Of a stretch of DNA of 64,000 bases, positions 18,293-27,269 are shown in pieces; position 1 is the stretch's first letter, and every line of letters begins with the position of its first letter. A program made the position numbers and the translations under genes. The notes below the pieces were generated by a model. The model was given only the letters and a program-made list of their open reading frames with translations, did no database searches and had not been told where the DNA came from. This DNA comes from an uncultured archaeon (lineage in GTDB: Archaea; Nanobdellota; Nanobdellia; Pacearchaeales; GW2011-AR1): contig CABMGN010000008.1 of the NCBI GenBank assembly GCA_902385635.1, positions 130,894 through 194,893 of the forward strand. The letters run 5' to 3'.

Positions 18293-18780
18293 AATTAAAG
18301 ATTCCTTTTTTTAAACAAAGGACTGGTTTCTATTGTGGTCCAGCCTCGCTAGAAATGGTTCTTGCATTCTTTAAGAAATACAAAACACAAAAGGAATTAG
18401 CAAAAGAAGCCAGAACAAAAAAAGATGGAACAACTCATGAAGAAATGATTAAAGTTGCGAGAAGGGAAGGTTTCTACTGCTATGTTCATAATAATTCAAC
18501 TATTGAAGAAATAAAACATTTTATCAAACAAGGACTTCCAGTCATAATTAATTATAAAGAGCCCTCCTCAGAAGAAGGACATTATGCAGTAATCTCCGGA
18601 TATAAAAAAAGCAGACTGATCTTAAATGACCCTTGGAATGGAAATAATTTCAAAATAAAGGAAAAAGAATTCTTAAGGAGATGGCATGACTATCATAAAA
18701 AACACGAATACAAAAATTGGATTTTAGTGCTCTCTAGGAAGAATTTAAATCTCGGTAAGTTATTTCTCCCTACGAAATGA
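18289..18780 (+). CDS. Peptidase C39-like (papain-fold cysteine peptidase, C39_2 type)
   Basis: 163 aa. FFKQRTGFYCGPASLEMVL supplies the oxyanion Q and catalytic C. EEGHYAVISGY supplies the catalytic H, followed by LNDPWNG. Confidence 0.65.
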   Translation: MKLKIPFFKQRTGFYCGPASLEMVLAFFKKYKTQKELAKEARTKKDGTTHEEMIKVARREGFYCYVHNNSTIEEIKHFIKQGLPVIINYKEPSSEEGHYAVISGYKKSRLILNDPWNGNNFKIKEKEFLRRWHDYHKKHEYKNWILVLSRKNLNLGKLFLPTK

Positions 18781-18914
18781 AACTTCGCAAATGCCCAAAA
18801 TGTAAAGAATACTCTTTAAAAGAAAATTGTAAAAAATGTAAATTACCAACAGAAGACGCGCATTACAAATTTATAAAATTAAGAGACGAAGCAGAGATTC
18901 ATCCACGAGATTAG
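18777..18914 (+). CDS. nop10: H/ACA RNP component Nop10
   Basis: 45-aa ORF absent from the track: MKLRKCPKCKEYSLKENCKKCKLPTEDAHYKFIKLRDEAEIHPRD. It has the CxxC...CxxC zinc ribbon followed by an AH-x-x-F segment, as in archaeal Nop10. Its ATG overlaps the upstream TGA (ATGA). Confidence 0.7.
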   Translation: MKLRKCPKCKEYSLKENCKKCKLPTEDAHYKFIKLRDEAEIHPRD

Positions 18915-20200
18915 GAGGTAAGCTTTTTTTGAATTAAGTTATTTTTTCTCTCTAATTTTTTCTTTTCAGCTTCAAAGTCAGAAGTTGTTTTAAGGTTGCT
19001 AGGCAATTCCAAAACTCCGTACGCTCCGTCGTAACCAGGCTTAACATACAGCTTTCCATCCCTATTAAGTATAATCAATTCAACTAATCTATCATTAAAT
19101 CCTTCTTTAGATAATTCTTCTTTAGAAATATGTAACAAAACATTAAATTCGTTTTCAAACTTTTCGATAAACCTATTATAAACTTCCCAAGTTTTATTAG
19201 AAGCTAAAGGACTTCCCAAATCAAGAGCGATAAGTTCATGTAGGGGAAGAAGTTTGAAAAAAGGTTTTCTATTAGGGTAATTTTCAATTTTTTGACTAGT
19301 CAAATCTACAACCCTATTCGCAACACCAATAGTCATCATCTTACCGCAAATAGGACAAATACCTTTCAGTTTCTGAGTCTCTTCCGGAGAAGCTGAAAAA
19401 CCGTGATCTTTATGGCCTGAAAAATGGTAGATACCATAAGAGGGATCCGTTTCCACAGTTCCAATAAAGTCATTCTCCCTAATTTGTCTTATTAACTCCG
19501 AGTAAGAATCAAGTTTCTTAAAAATAGTTGCCTCCCGGCCCATTCTCCACGGCCAAAAAGAGTGCGAATCTGAAAAACTAATAATTGATTTAGTATTTAA
19601 TTCAGAAATGGCCCAGTTCATTTCTGGGTCAGACGACATTCCAGTCTCTATTGCATGAATATTTTTTATCTGCTCGCCAAATGCTTCTTTTAGAGAATCA
19701 AACCCGCTCTTGCTTCCAAAAACTCCAAAATAAGGGGTCCAGACATGTGCGGGGATTACTTCTATTTCAGGAGAGATAGAAAACATTTCTCGAGTAAATT
19801 CTTCACAAGAAATCTTGAAGATAGGCCTACCGTCATAATCACGTCTCCCCTTCGTATCAAGATAACTGTTTATCTTGTCGACCACTTCAAAAGAAGGAGC
19901 TAAAAGAACAAGGTGAATTCTTCTTCCTCTCCCTTGAGTATACATTAAACTAATCTCACCAGAAAGAATAAATCTGAAACCAGTCTTTGAAGTTAAAATT
20001 CCTCTCTCTTCTTTAAGATTCTGTTTTAATTCATCCAACCAAACAGGATGTGTAAAATCACTAGTACCAAGAAGATCAAGGCCTTTCATTCTACCATACT
20101 TTTCCATTTTGTCTAAAGTAATATCTTTGCTACAAGCCCTTGAAAATCTAGAATGAAGATGTAAGTCTGCAATTACTCCTTCTTCTTTATAGTCTACCAT
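18911..20200 (-). CDS. endoQ: Endonuclease Q-like PHP-domain nuclease
   Basis: 429 aa. The N-terminal PHP motif ADLHLHSRFSRACSKD, GLDLLGTSDFTHP, and the C-terminal zinc finger CPICGKMMTIGVANRV match my recollection of archaeal EndoQ. Confidence 0.6.
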   Translation of the reverse strand: MVDYKEEGVIADLHLHSRFSRACSKDITLDKMEKYGRMKGLDLLGTSDFTHPVWLDELKQNLKEERGILTSKTGFRFILSGEISLMYTQGRGRRIHLVLLAPSFEVVDKINSYLDTKGRRDYDGRPIFKISCEEFTREMFSISPEIEVIPAHVWTPYFGVFGSKSGFDSLKEAFGEQIKNIHAIETGMSSDPEMNWAISELNTKSIISFSDSHSFWPWRMGREATIFKKLDSYSELIRQIRENDFIGTVETDPSYGIYHFSGHKDHGFSASPEETQKLKGICPICGKMMTIGVANRVVDLTSQKIENYPNRKPFFKLLPLHELIALDLGSPLASNKTWEVYNRFIEKFENEFNVLLHISKEELSKEGFNDRLVELIILNRDGKLYVKPGYDGAYGVLELPSNLKTTSDFEAEKKKLERKNNLIQKKLTS

Positions 20201-20257
20201 AAAAAAAAGAGATCTAGCCTATTAAAAAACATTCCTGTACTTTTCTTTACAGAAGAA

Positions 20258-20265
20258 TTTAAAAA
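20258..20265 (+). promoter_or_regulatory. TATA-box-like element upstream of ndk
   Basis: TTTAAAAA begins 29 nt upstream of the ATG at 20287. Confidence 0.5.
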
Positions 20266-20286
20266 CTACCTTCAAGGGTTTTATAT

Positions 20287-20856
20287 ATGACTACAGAAAA
20301 AACACTTGTTTTGATTAAACCAGATGCAGTATTAAGAGGATTAGTTGGAGAGATTATTCAAAGATTTGAACGTGTTGGGATGAAGATCTCTGCAATTAAA
20401 ATGATTAAAGCTCCACGAAAGATTTTAGAGAAGCATTATTACAAAGATGAAAAGTGGTTAAGAGAGAAAGGGGAGCTATACAAAAAAAAGTTAAACCTTC
20501 CCGAAAATACAGATCCAATTCCCGTAGGACAAAGCATTGTCGAGGGCTTAATCAAAGATATGCAATTTTCTCCTATAATAGCTATGGTTCTTGAAGGGCA
20601 TAATGCAGTTCATACAGTAAAAAGGTTGAATGGACCGACAAACATTGATCAAGCACAACCTGGAACAATAAGAGGAGATTACTCTCACGACACATTTGGT
20701 TTAGCAAACAAGTCAAACAGACCAAACATAACAATTATTCATGCAACAGACAATCCAGCTGTGGCTCAAAATGAAATTGATTTCTGGTTCTCTCCAGATG
20801 AAATCCACGAGTACAAAAAACCAGAAGAAGATGTTCACTATCGAAGAATAGACTAA
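20287..20856 (+). CDS. ndk: Nucleoside diphosphate kinase (with internal insertion)
   Basis: 189 aa. TLVLIKPDAV, RFERVGMKISAIKM, GTIRGDYS and NITIIHATD (active-site His). It has a ~40-aa insert relative to canonical ~150-aa Ndk. Confidence 0.85.
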   Translation: MTTEKTLVLIKPDAVLRGLVGEIIQRFERVGMKISAIKMIKAPRKILEKHYYKDEKWLREKGELYKKKLNLPENTDPIPVGQSIVEGLIKDMQFSPIIAMVLEGHNAVHTVKRLNGPTNIDQAQPGTIRGDYSHDTFGLANKSNRPNITIIHATDNPAVAQNEIDFWFSPDEIHEYKKPEEDVHYRRID

Positions 20857-20857
20857 A

Positions 20858-20929
20858 CGCCCCCACGAGGAATTGAACCTCGACCTTCTCGACCGCAACG
20901 AGAAATTCTATCCGTTAAACTATAAGGGC
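20858..20929 (-). tRNA. tRNA-Arg (anticodon GCG)
   Basis: The reverse complement folds. Acceptor GCCCTTA/TGGGGGC (with G-U pairs), anticodon stem TCTCG/CGAGA with loop TTGCGGT, T arm CGAGG-TTCAATT-CCTCG, discriminator G. Confidence 0.88.
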
Positions 20930-20977
20930 ATTAATTTAGCTAAGAAAAAATACTTATTAATCTATCGGAGAATAAAA

Positions 20978-22012
20978 TTATTCCTCGTCAACAACTCCAC
21001 CGTCTGTAACCCAAAAGACACATTCGTTATCTGGCAAATTTGGAGAGTCTATTAATTTCGCAACTCTACTTCCCGCTTTTCCTCTTCGTAGATACATTCT
21101 ATAAGTTGAAGCGTGGCCAACAATATTTCCCCCAATAGCTGTTGTTGGATCCCCAAACATCATTGCAGGATTCGCCATAACTTGATTTGTAACGTAAACA
21201 GCGAGATTATGTGTTTCTGCTAACTTCATTAAATCGTGCAGATATCTATTCAGTTTCTGTTGCCTATCTGCAAGTTGGCCTCTTCCAGCAAATTCTGCCC
21301 TAAAATGAGCAGTCAAAGAGTCGATGATAACCATTTTAATTGGTTCTCCATTTTTAATCATCTCAGCAACTTTCTCCAAGAGTAAAATTTGGTGATCAGA
21401 GTTAAATGCCCTAGCAACTAAGATATTTTTTAAAACAGTCTCGGGATTCAAACCAAGTTTGTCTGCAATCTGTTTTATTCTTTGTGGTCTAAAAGTTCCT
21501 TCAGTATCAATAAAAACAGTTTTTCCGTTTGCCCCCCCTTTTTCTATAGGCAATTGAACATTAACAGCTAGTGTAAGTCCTAGCTGAGTTTTACCACTTC
21601 CAAAAGCGCCATAGGCTTCTGTAATTGCCCGAGACTCAACACCTCTTCCCCCCAGGAGATCATTCAAAGATTTGCTTCCAGTAGTAACATAAGTGACGTT
21701 CTGTCTTTTTTTAGCAAACTCCATTCCATCTGTAAAACCAAGATCAAGTAAATTTCTAGCAGCTTGTATAGCTTTTCTTGCAACAGCAGCGCCAACACCC
21801 GCAATATCCCCAAGAGTTGTCGGAGACATAACAGCAAGAGACATTAAATCATAAATTCCTGCAGATTCTAATTTAGCTGCAACGGCTGGACCAATTCCCG
21901 GAAGATCTGTTAAAGAAGGCTCTTCTTTTACTTCATCATCTACCTTCTTTCTTTTCTTCTTAGAATCATCATCAATAGCCTCTTTTATCTCCTCAATATC
22001 CTTCTTAGCCAT
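20978..22012 (-). CDS. radA: DNA repair and recombination protein RadA
   Basis: N-terminal HhH (LTDLPGIGPAVAAKLESAGI), Walker A GAFGSGKTQL, Walker B VIIDSL. The start is set at MAKKDIEE (22012) because a palindromic TTTATAAA sits at 22034..22041, the window-typical spacing. The 17-aa extension in the track is probably not translated. Confidence 0.92.
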   Translation of the reverse strand: MAKKDIEEIKEAIDDDSKKKRKKVDDEVKEEPSLTDLPGIGPAVAAKLESAGIYDLMSLAVMSPTTLGDIAGVGAAVARKAIQAARNLLDLGFTDGMEFAKKRQNVTYVTTGSKSLNDLLGGRGVESRAITEAYGAFGSGKTQLGLTLAVNVQLPIEKGGANGKTVFIDTEGTFRPQRIKQIADKLGLNPETVLKNILVARAFNSDHQILLLEKVAEMIKNGEPIKMVIIDSLTAHFRAEFAGRGQLADRQQKLNRYLHDLMKLAETHNLAVYVTNQVMANPAMMFGDPTTAIGGNIVGHASTYRMYLRRGKAGSRVAKLIDSPNLPDNECVFWVTDGGVVDEE

Positions 22013-22033
22013 TATATACAAAAATAGAGGCTG

Positions 22034-22041
22034 TTTATAAA
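22034..22041 (-). promoter_or_regulatory. TATA-box-like element upstream of radA
   Basis: TTTATAAA lies 22-29 nt upstream of the ATG at 22012. Confidence 0.5.
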
Positions 22042-22099
22042 CATTATTTGCATTTTGAAACATGTGTTCAAAATTGTATTATCACTCAAAAAGAAAAAA

Positions 22100-22558
22100 T
22101 TAAGCAAGACTAGCAAACTTTATCCCTATAAAGATAACATCTAAAATAAGGAAGAAAAAGAATAAAGATGTTTCAAAATGGCCCCCCGCTTCAATCTTCC
22201 CACTAACTTTTTTCTTAAATGGCCAGAAAGGAGCAATTCCTTGCACAGTAAAACAGTCAGCAAAGAGATGAAAGCTATAACCAACAAAAAAAGCGAAGGC
22301 TATTTGTGGGATAAACAAGGAAAAAAGGATAGTGATCAGTAATAAGAAAGTAAAACTATGAAGAAATCCTCTATGTTTTGTAAAAAAATTTATTAGTCTA
22401 GAAAGTTTTTTTCTACCGATTACAGAAAGAGGAGTATCAATATCTGGAAGAATAGTAGCAAATAAAACAATGCAAGCAAAAAGTATTGCATGAGAAGAAT
22501 AACTAATAAAAGCTAAAATAACTAAAAGACCAATCGCGAGATGTGTTCGAACTAACAT
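22100..22558 (-). CDS. Membrane-bound metal-dependent hydrolase (YdjM/DUF457-like)
   Basis: 152 aa. MLVRTHLAIGLL..., ILPDIDTP, RGFLHS and HLFADCFT are His/Asp motifs embedded in 4 TM helices. Confidence 0.55.
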   Translation of the reverse strand: MLVRTHLAIGLLVILAFISYSSHAILFACIVLFATILPDIDTPLSVIGRKKLSRLINFFTKHRGFLHSFTFLLLITILFSLFIPQIAFAFFVGYSFHLFADCFTVQGIAPFWPFKKKVSGKIEAGGHFETSLFFFFLILDVIFIGIKFASLA

Positions 22559-22585
22559 CTAATAGGAATGAAAAGATAGTTTAAA

Positions 22586-25228
22586 TTATTTCCTTCTAAA
22601 CAGATTACTAAACCAGGTAGAAATACTCTGTACTAAAGATCTTTTCTGAACAGAAGATGTTTGTGGAGAGGCTTGTGAATTAATTCCTTCAGATCCAGAA
22701 GAACTTCTTCCCCCACTACTTGCAGCACCTTCTCCTTGTTGAGACTCCGGACCTTCTCTCCCTGTACCTTGTCGTTCTTGTTGTTGGGGCGCAGGTGATC
22801 CGCCTCCACCGCCACCAAGAGGATTAACACAAGCAGCATCAAGAAGATAAACATTAGCATAAACTTCGCCACCATGATATTCCACATTAGCAGAATAAGT
22901 ATTGCTATTCGTTTTATCCCAAATTACCTTTGTAGCTAGAGGGGTTTTCATATAAGTTTCCCATACTTTCGATCCAGAACTTGTTTCCTGGAAAGTAGAA
23001 GCAGTATTAACAGAGCTAACCGTAACCTCATGCGCTCCATTTATTCCACCAGTACCATCAATAGTCATATTAAAGATTTCACGATCAAGACTTCCGTATT
23101 TATCAGCTTCGCCAAACTTGAGTAAAGCCCCACCAGTAGAGGGATAAGGAGGTAAAGATAATTTGAGTCCATCTTTGGTATAAAAAGTATTGAAAGAACC
23201 ACCCGAATTGATTATAGCGGTAACCCATCTGTCTGTAGAATTGTAACCAATATACACAACAGTTAAAGTGATGCTCCCAACATTACAAGTTTGCCCCGCA
23301 TAAAGTCCCTCACAAAGTGTAACACTCTCTCCGCCAATTGGTGGAACAGTAACCAAACTAGCCTCATTTCTCCCAGCATCAATATTTGCGGTTATTCCTA
23401 CAAATCTTAAATAGTAAGATTCAGCATCTCTTCCATTATTCCAGGAGGCTACAAATCCTCGATCATAATTATCTCCAAACTTAAGACCATAATAAGTAAG
23501 AGTTTGTGTATCAGAGGTAGCCAGTCGTTCTGTAGATGATTTTCCAGAGCCCAAGATAGAACCCGAAGATGGATCTATATATAGAAAAGGAATTAGATAT
23601 TCATTATCGTCCTTAAGAATTGTGTTAATCGAAGCGTAATCACCAGTTGATTCTATCTTAGTCATTTCTCGGTCAGGGATTGTAACATCTGCCATAGATA
23701 ACTTAATTGATCCAAAACCCGGCATGATTAATTCTGATGCTGGAGCTAAAAATAATTTATCCGATGATTTCCACTCAAGAGTTATCCATCTAAGGTTTCC
23801 TGTTGCAACTAAAAAGCTAGAACTTAAATCGGAGATGATTTGGTCATTGAACTTAACATTACCGGCATAAGGATATAACTCAAAAACATCTCCAGTAAGA
23901 ACATCGCTTAAAACCAACTTGTCAGTTGCTGCACTAGTAACTAAATATTTTTTGCCCAAGATTTCTATATCAGTTCCAGGCATCTTAGCTAAAGAAGGAT
24001 AGTCAGTAAAACTTAAGGTATAATTAAGTATATTCTGATTTGCACTAATTTTGAATCCTAAAACTGGAACATTATTATTAAAGTCTGGGTCCCTAAAGTG
24101 AGAGAAAGGTGCAGTTCCCTGCTGAATACTCTGGAGGTAGAAAAAAGATTGGGAATCGCTATCTACATAATTTTGAGATGCTAAAATTCTAGGCATAGAA
24201 GAGTCATTAATAGGCTTCAACCACACACTCCTAAGATTTTCTCGAAGATTTAATTTTTTGTCTGGACTTTCAAACTTAAAAGAATCGTCACATTGATTAT
24301 TTGATTGAACTAAGGCACCATCTATACACGAAGCGTTATATTCTATATATCCGTAATACTCCCCCTGGCAAACAAATTCTCTAAGATGATCTCCTTCCGG
24401 AACAACAAGTCCAGAGTCATCATAACAAAAATCAGTATAATCATTTCTTGCAGAGTCCAAGACCCTTCCCTTTATGTAAGGTTTGTCTCCACCATCAGAA
24501 TCTGTACAATTAGAACCAATACAAAAGCCATTTTGACAACCAGAAGAACAGGAATGACAATATCCTCCTCCGCTAAATGCAGCACATCTTGAAGAAGGAG
24601 TTCCGGGATTCTCACATCGATAGTTAGTAGTATTACCACAAGCAGAACCATTTTGACAGAATATTAAAGTTTGTGGAGGACAACCGGCATCATCATAACA
24701 AGTGATTGTTTGATTTGGAGGCTGTTCTACGCAAGCGCCACTTCTACAAGTATGTTGACAAGTGTACTGTCTAGTGGCAGGTCTAGAACCGTTACAAAAA
24801 TTTTCAGTCAAAACATTTAGTGCGACTCCACACATATCAGAGTAACTTTTTCCCCCGTATACAACTGTACCAAAGGTAAAGGGTTTGTCTCCACCATCAG
24901 AATCTGTACAAGAAAAAACCCCCGGAGTAATGCTTGTTGAATTAGTTGAAGGTCTAACAATAGTTGTATTTGGTTTTGTTGTGGTAGAAACTGTGGGTTT
25001 TACAGTAACAGTAGTTGTAGTAGATGTAGGATAATAAGTAGATGTTGTTGAAGAGGCAGAAGTATTGCTCTTAAGAGTGGTGGAACCGGCCGTTACTGAA
25101 GATGCTGGACTAATACTTATTACGTGTCCAGTTAAACCAGAATAAAGATCCGAAAAAAGTCCTGCACTTACAAAAGATAAAACTAAGATAAATACTAAAG
25201 AACCACAAACAATCCCCTTATTCACCAT
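22586..25228 (-). CDS. Giant secreted surface (S-layer-like) protein with Thr/Ser-rich linker and Cys-rich C[TS]D[ST]DGG modules
   Basis: 880 aa. Signal anchor plus the SAGLFSDLYSGLTGH leader, a T/S-rich stretch, two CTDSDGGDKP modules, a large beta-rich region, and a G/S/Q-rich basic C-terminus. Confidence 0.6.
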   Translation of the reverse strand: MVNKGIVCGSLVFILVLSFVSAGLFSDLYSGLTGHVISISPASSVTAGSTTLKSNTSASSTTSTYYPTSTTTTVTVKPTVSTTTKPNTTIVRPSTNSTSITPGVFSCTDSDGGDKPFTFGTVVYGGKSYSDMCGVALNVLTENFCNGSRPATRQYTCQHTCRSGACVEQPPNQTITCYDDAGCPPQTLIFCQNGSACGNTTNYRCENPGTPSSRCAAFSGGGYCHSCSSGCQNGFCIGSNCTDSDGGDKPYIKGRVLDSARNDYTDFCYDDSGLVVPEGDHLREFVCQGEYYGYIEYNASCIDGALVQSNNQCDDSFKFESPDKKLNLRENLRSVWLKPINDSSMPRILASQNYVDSDSQSFFYLQSIQQGTAPFSHFRDPDFNNNVPVLGFKISANQNILNYTLSFTDYPSLAKMPGTDIEILGKKYLVTSAATDKLVLSDVLTGDVFELYPYAGNVKFNDQIISDLSSSFLVATGNLRWITLEWKSSDKLFLAPASELIMPGFGSIKLSMADVTIPDREMTKIESTGDYASINTILKDDNEYLIPFLYIDPSSGSILGSGKSSTERLATSDTQTLTYYGLKFGDNYDRGFVASWNNGRDAESYYLRFVGITANIDAGRNEASLVTVPPIGGESVTLCEGLYAGQTCNVGSITLTVVYIGYNSTDRWVTAIINSGGSFNTFYTKDGLKLSLPPYPSTGGALLKFGEADKYGSLDREIFNMTIDGTGGINGAHEVTVSSVNTASTFQETSSGSKVWETYMKTPLATKVIWDKTNSNTYSANVEYHGGEVYANVYLLDAACVNPLGGGGGGSPAPQQQERQGTGREGPESQQGEGAASSGGRSSSGSEGINSQASPQTSSVQKRSLVQSISTWFSNLFRRK
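24480..24509. repeat. 30-nt perfect direct repeat, copy 1 (partner at 24882..24911)
   Basis: GGTTTGTCTCCACCATCAGAATCTGTACAA is present identically at both positions. Each copy encodes (minus strand) the CTDSDGGDKP core of a duplicated Cys-rich module. Confidence 0.85.
24882..24911. repeat. 30-nt perfect direct repeat, copy 2 (partner at 24480..24509)
   Basis: Same 30-mer as copy 1. Confidence 0.85.
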
Positions 25229-25274
25229 CTTTTATAACAAATCTAAATAAAACTAGTTTAAAAATATTCTTATT

Positions 25275-26216
25275 CTACTTGTCTAATTTTTTTAGGAGAG
25301 CGTCTAGGTCAACATCATCTATACTTTCTATAGAAAATTCAGGATTATTGAAGTAAGAATTCATTTTAACATTTCCCGTAAAAATAAGCTCTTTGCCTAA
25401 AAGATTCTGTCTTTGTTGAGATAATAATTCTAAGTTTTCGAAATCAGTTAAGCCAAGTTTAGGAAGCACATCATTAAATGCAACAGACCTAATTGTACCA
25501 GACCCGTCGTCTAAGATAACATTCATCAAAGCTCTTTTTTCTGGAGAGACTTTCCCGTGTTCAACGCAGAAAAATCCTTCAACATTTTGTGAAGCCTTCT
25601 TTTTGCACTCAGGACAAACATAAAAAAATTTAGGTTCAAAAACCTGAACAATAAATGCACGCACCTTTGCGCTATCCCCAATATTCAAAGAACCCACTGT
25701 TTTATCTCTAGAAACTTTTTCTTTTACTAAGTTAGAGAAAATTTCGCTACTAGGTTTAAACTCAGAAAAGCTACCAAGATGTACCTCTCCCATTCGCATA
25801 CTCCCATTAACTATTTCTACAACACTTCCTTCAGAAAGAGTCCCGCTTTCAATAAGGCCAATATGATTAGTATCCCAAAGAACAACTTTTATATTAGAAG
25901 TATCATCGGCAATAATTATATTTGCAACCCTTCCTTCCTCTCCTTTCTTTGTTGTGAAATTTCTAATAGGGAAAAGCTTGATTATCTGGCCAGTAATGTT
26001 TACCTTCTTTAAGCCAGGAACAAGTTCATCAATTTTAAATTTTTCATTATCAAAATTTATCCCAAGTTCCGCAGCAATAACCTGCAAAGCACCTTCTTTG
26101 CTGATTAACCCTGAAAGTTTGGCCTGTTTAGCGTTAACTCTTCGATCAATCTCCTCTTTTTCTAAACCAGAAACTCTTGAAACTCTATCCAAAAGTTTCT
26201 CATAATTTCCATCCAT
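25275..26216 (-). CDS. rpa: Replication protein A (ssDNA-binding, OB folds plus zinc finger)
   Basis: 313 aa. N-terminal helical domain, then the OB-fold signature (VNITGQIIKLFPIRNFTTKKGEEGRVANIIIADDTSNIKVVLWD), and a second OB fold interrupted by CPECKKK...CVEHG. Confidence 0.75.
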   Translation of the reverse strand: MDGNYEKLLDRVSRVSGLEKEEIDRRVNAKQAKLSGLISKEGALQVIAAELGINFDNEKFKIDELVPGLKKVNITGQIIKLFPIRNFTTKKGEEGRVANIIIADDTSNIKVVLWDTNHIGLIESGTLSEGSVVEIVNGSMRMGEVHLGSFSEFKPSSEIFSNLVKEKVSRDKTVGSLNIGDSAKVRAFIVQVFEPKFFYVCPECKKKASQNVEGFFCVEHGKVSPEKRALMNVILDDGSGTIRSVAFNDVLPKLGLTDFENLELLSQQRQNLLGKELIFTGNVKMNSYFNNPEFSIESIDDVDLDALLKKLDK

Positions 26217-26275
26217 TAAAGAGCAAAAGAGTTTTCCTTTAAAAGGATTTATGCTTTTTCAAAAGATACAAAACA

Positions 26276-26283
26276 CTTATAAA
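26276..26283 (+). promoter_or_regulatory. TATA-box-like element upstream of the aEF-1beta gene
   Basis: CTTATAAA lies 22-29 nt upstream of the ATG at 26305. This supports the shorter start. Confidence 0.5.
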
Positions 26284-26304
26284 CCAACATTACAAAAACT
26301 TACC

Positions 26305-26580
26305 ATGGTTGGAACAGTTTTAATAAAAACAAAAGTAATGCCAGAATCACCCGAGATAAACCTGGAAGAACTAAAAGAAAAAATTTCTAAGGTTATAACC
26401 GGGAATCAAGGAAAAAATCCAAGATATGAAGAAGAAGAGGTAGCATTCGGATTGAAAGCTCTAATTACTTACTTCACATTAAAAGAAGATCTTCCTTTAG
26501 AACCAATTGAAAATGCAATAAGTGAAGTAGAGGGTGTTAGCTCTATGCAAATGTTAGATATGAGAAGAGCTGTTGAATAA
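26305..26580 (+). CDS. ef1b: Translation elongation factor aEF-1 beta
   Basis: 91 aa from MVGTVLIKTKVMPESPEINLEELKEKI...VAFGLKALITYF...VEGVSSMQMLDMRR, the canonical aEF-1beta pattern. The start was moved from 26251 on promoter spacing and family length. Confidence 0.8.
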   Translation: MVGTVLIKTKVMPESPEINLEELKEKISKVITGNQGKNPRYEEEEVAFGLKALITYFTLKEDLPLEPIENAISEVEGVSSMQMLDMRRAVE

Positions 26581-26624
26581 ATTTCTACAATAAAGTATAT
26601 TAATTATCTTTCTTTACAAAAGTT

Positions 26625-27269
26625 ATGACCTTAACACCAGAGCAAGTTAAAAAAGTAAAGGAACAACTTCTAGGGCAGATAGAACAAAATTTTCCTGCTG
26701 AGAATAAAGAGTCTGCACGAGAACAGATTTCCGCGATGAATCCTCAAGAACTTGAAGATTTCCTCGTTCAAAATAACTTACTGAACTTTTCAGAAGAAAA
26801 CGAAACTCCGGAATCAAGATGTATCATGTGTATGGTGGTAGCAGGGAAAGTAAAAGCATACAAAATAGATGAGAACGAAGAAGCAATAGCTACACTAGAA
26901 ATAAAGCCAATATCCAAGGGGCACTCCCTAGTTATTCCCAAAAAACATATAACAGATGCTAAGGATATCCCAAAGTCAATCTTTGAATTTGCTGAGAAGA
27001 TTTCAGCGAAACTAGAAAAAATCCTAGAACCAAAACAAATAATGGTTTATACCACGAATGTTCTTGGTCATGAACTAGTAAACATTCTCCCAATTTATAA
27101 AACAGAAACCCCAGAGTCAGAAAGAAAAAATCTTCCCCCAGAAGAACTAGAGCAAGTCCAAAAAGAAATAGTTGAGTTTAAGGAAAAGCCTAAAAAAGAA
27201 GTTAAAGAAGAAAAGAAAGAAGAGGCAGTTGATTACTCGAAATGGTGGCTTCCACTAAGATTGCCCTAG
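26625..27269 (+). CDS. HIT-family protein with N-terminal extension
   Basis: 214 aa. CIMCMVVAGKVKAYKIDENEEAIATLEIKPISKGHSLVIPKKH is a typical HIT N-terminal core. The histidine-triad region (LGHELVNILP) is degenerate. Confidence 0.55.
   Translation: MTLTPEQVKKVKEQLLGQIEQNFPAENKESAREQISAMNPQELEDFLVQNNLLNFSEENETPESRCIMCMVVAGKVKAYKIDENEEAIATLEIKPISKGHSLVIPKKHITDAKDIPKSIFEFAEKISAKLEKILEPKQIMVYTTNVLGHELVNILPIYKTETPESERKNLPPEELEQVQKEIVEFKEKPKKEVKEEKKEEAVDYSKWWLPLRLP

Noticed and set aside
20873-21055. 60-aa plus-strand ORF.
   Set aside because: It overlaps tRNA-Arg (20858..20929) and the 3' end of radA.
22013-22063. N-terminal extensions of radA (to 22063), ef1b (from 26251), the PRC-barrel gene (to 40746), the coiled-coil gene (from 37900) and the giant surface protein (to 49492).
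   Set aside because: In each case an internal ATG has a TATA-like box at the window-typical 22-29-nt distance and gives a family-typical N-terminus. The longer forms would begin upstream of or within the promoter.
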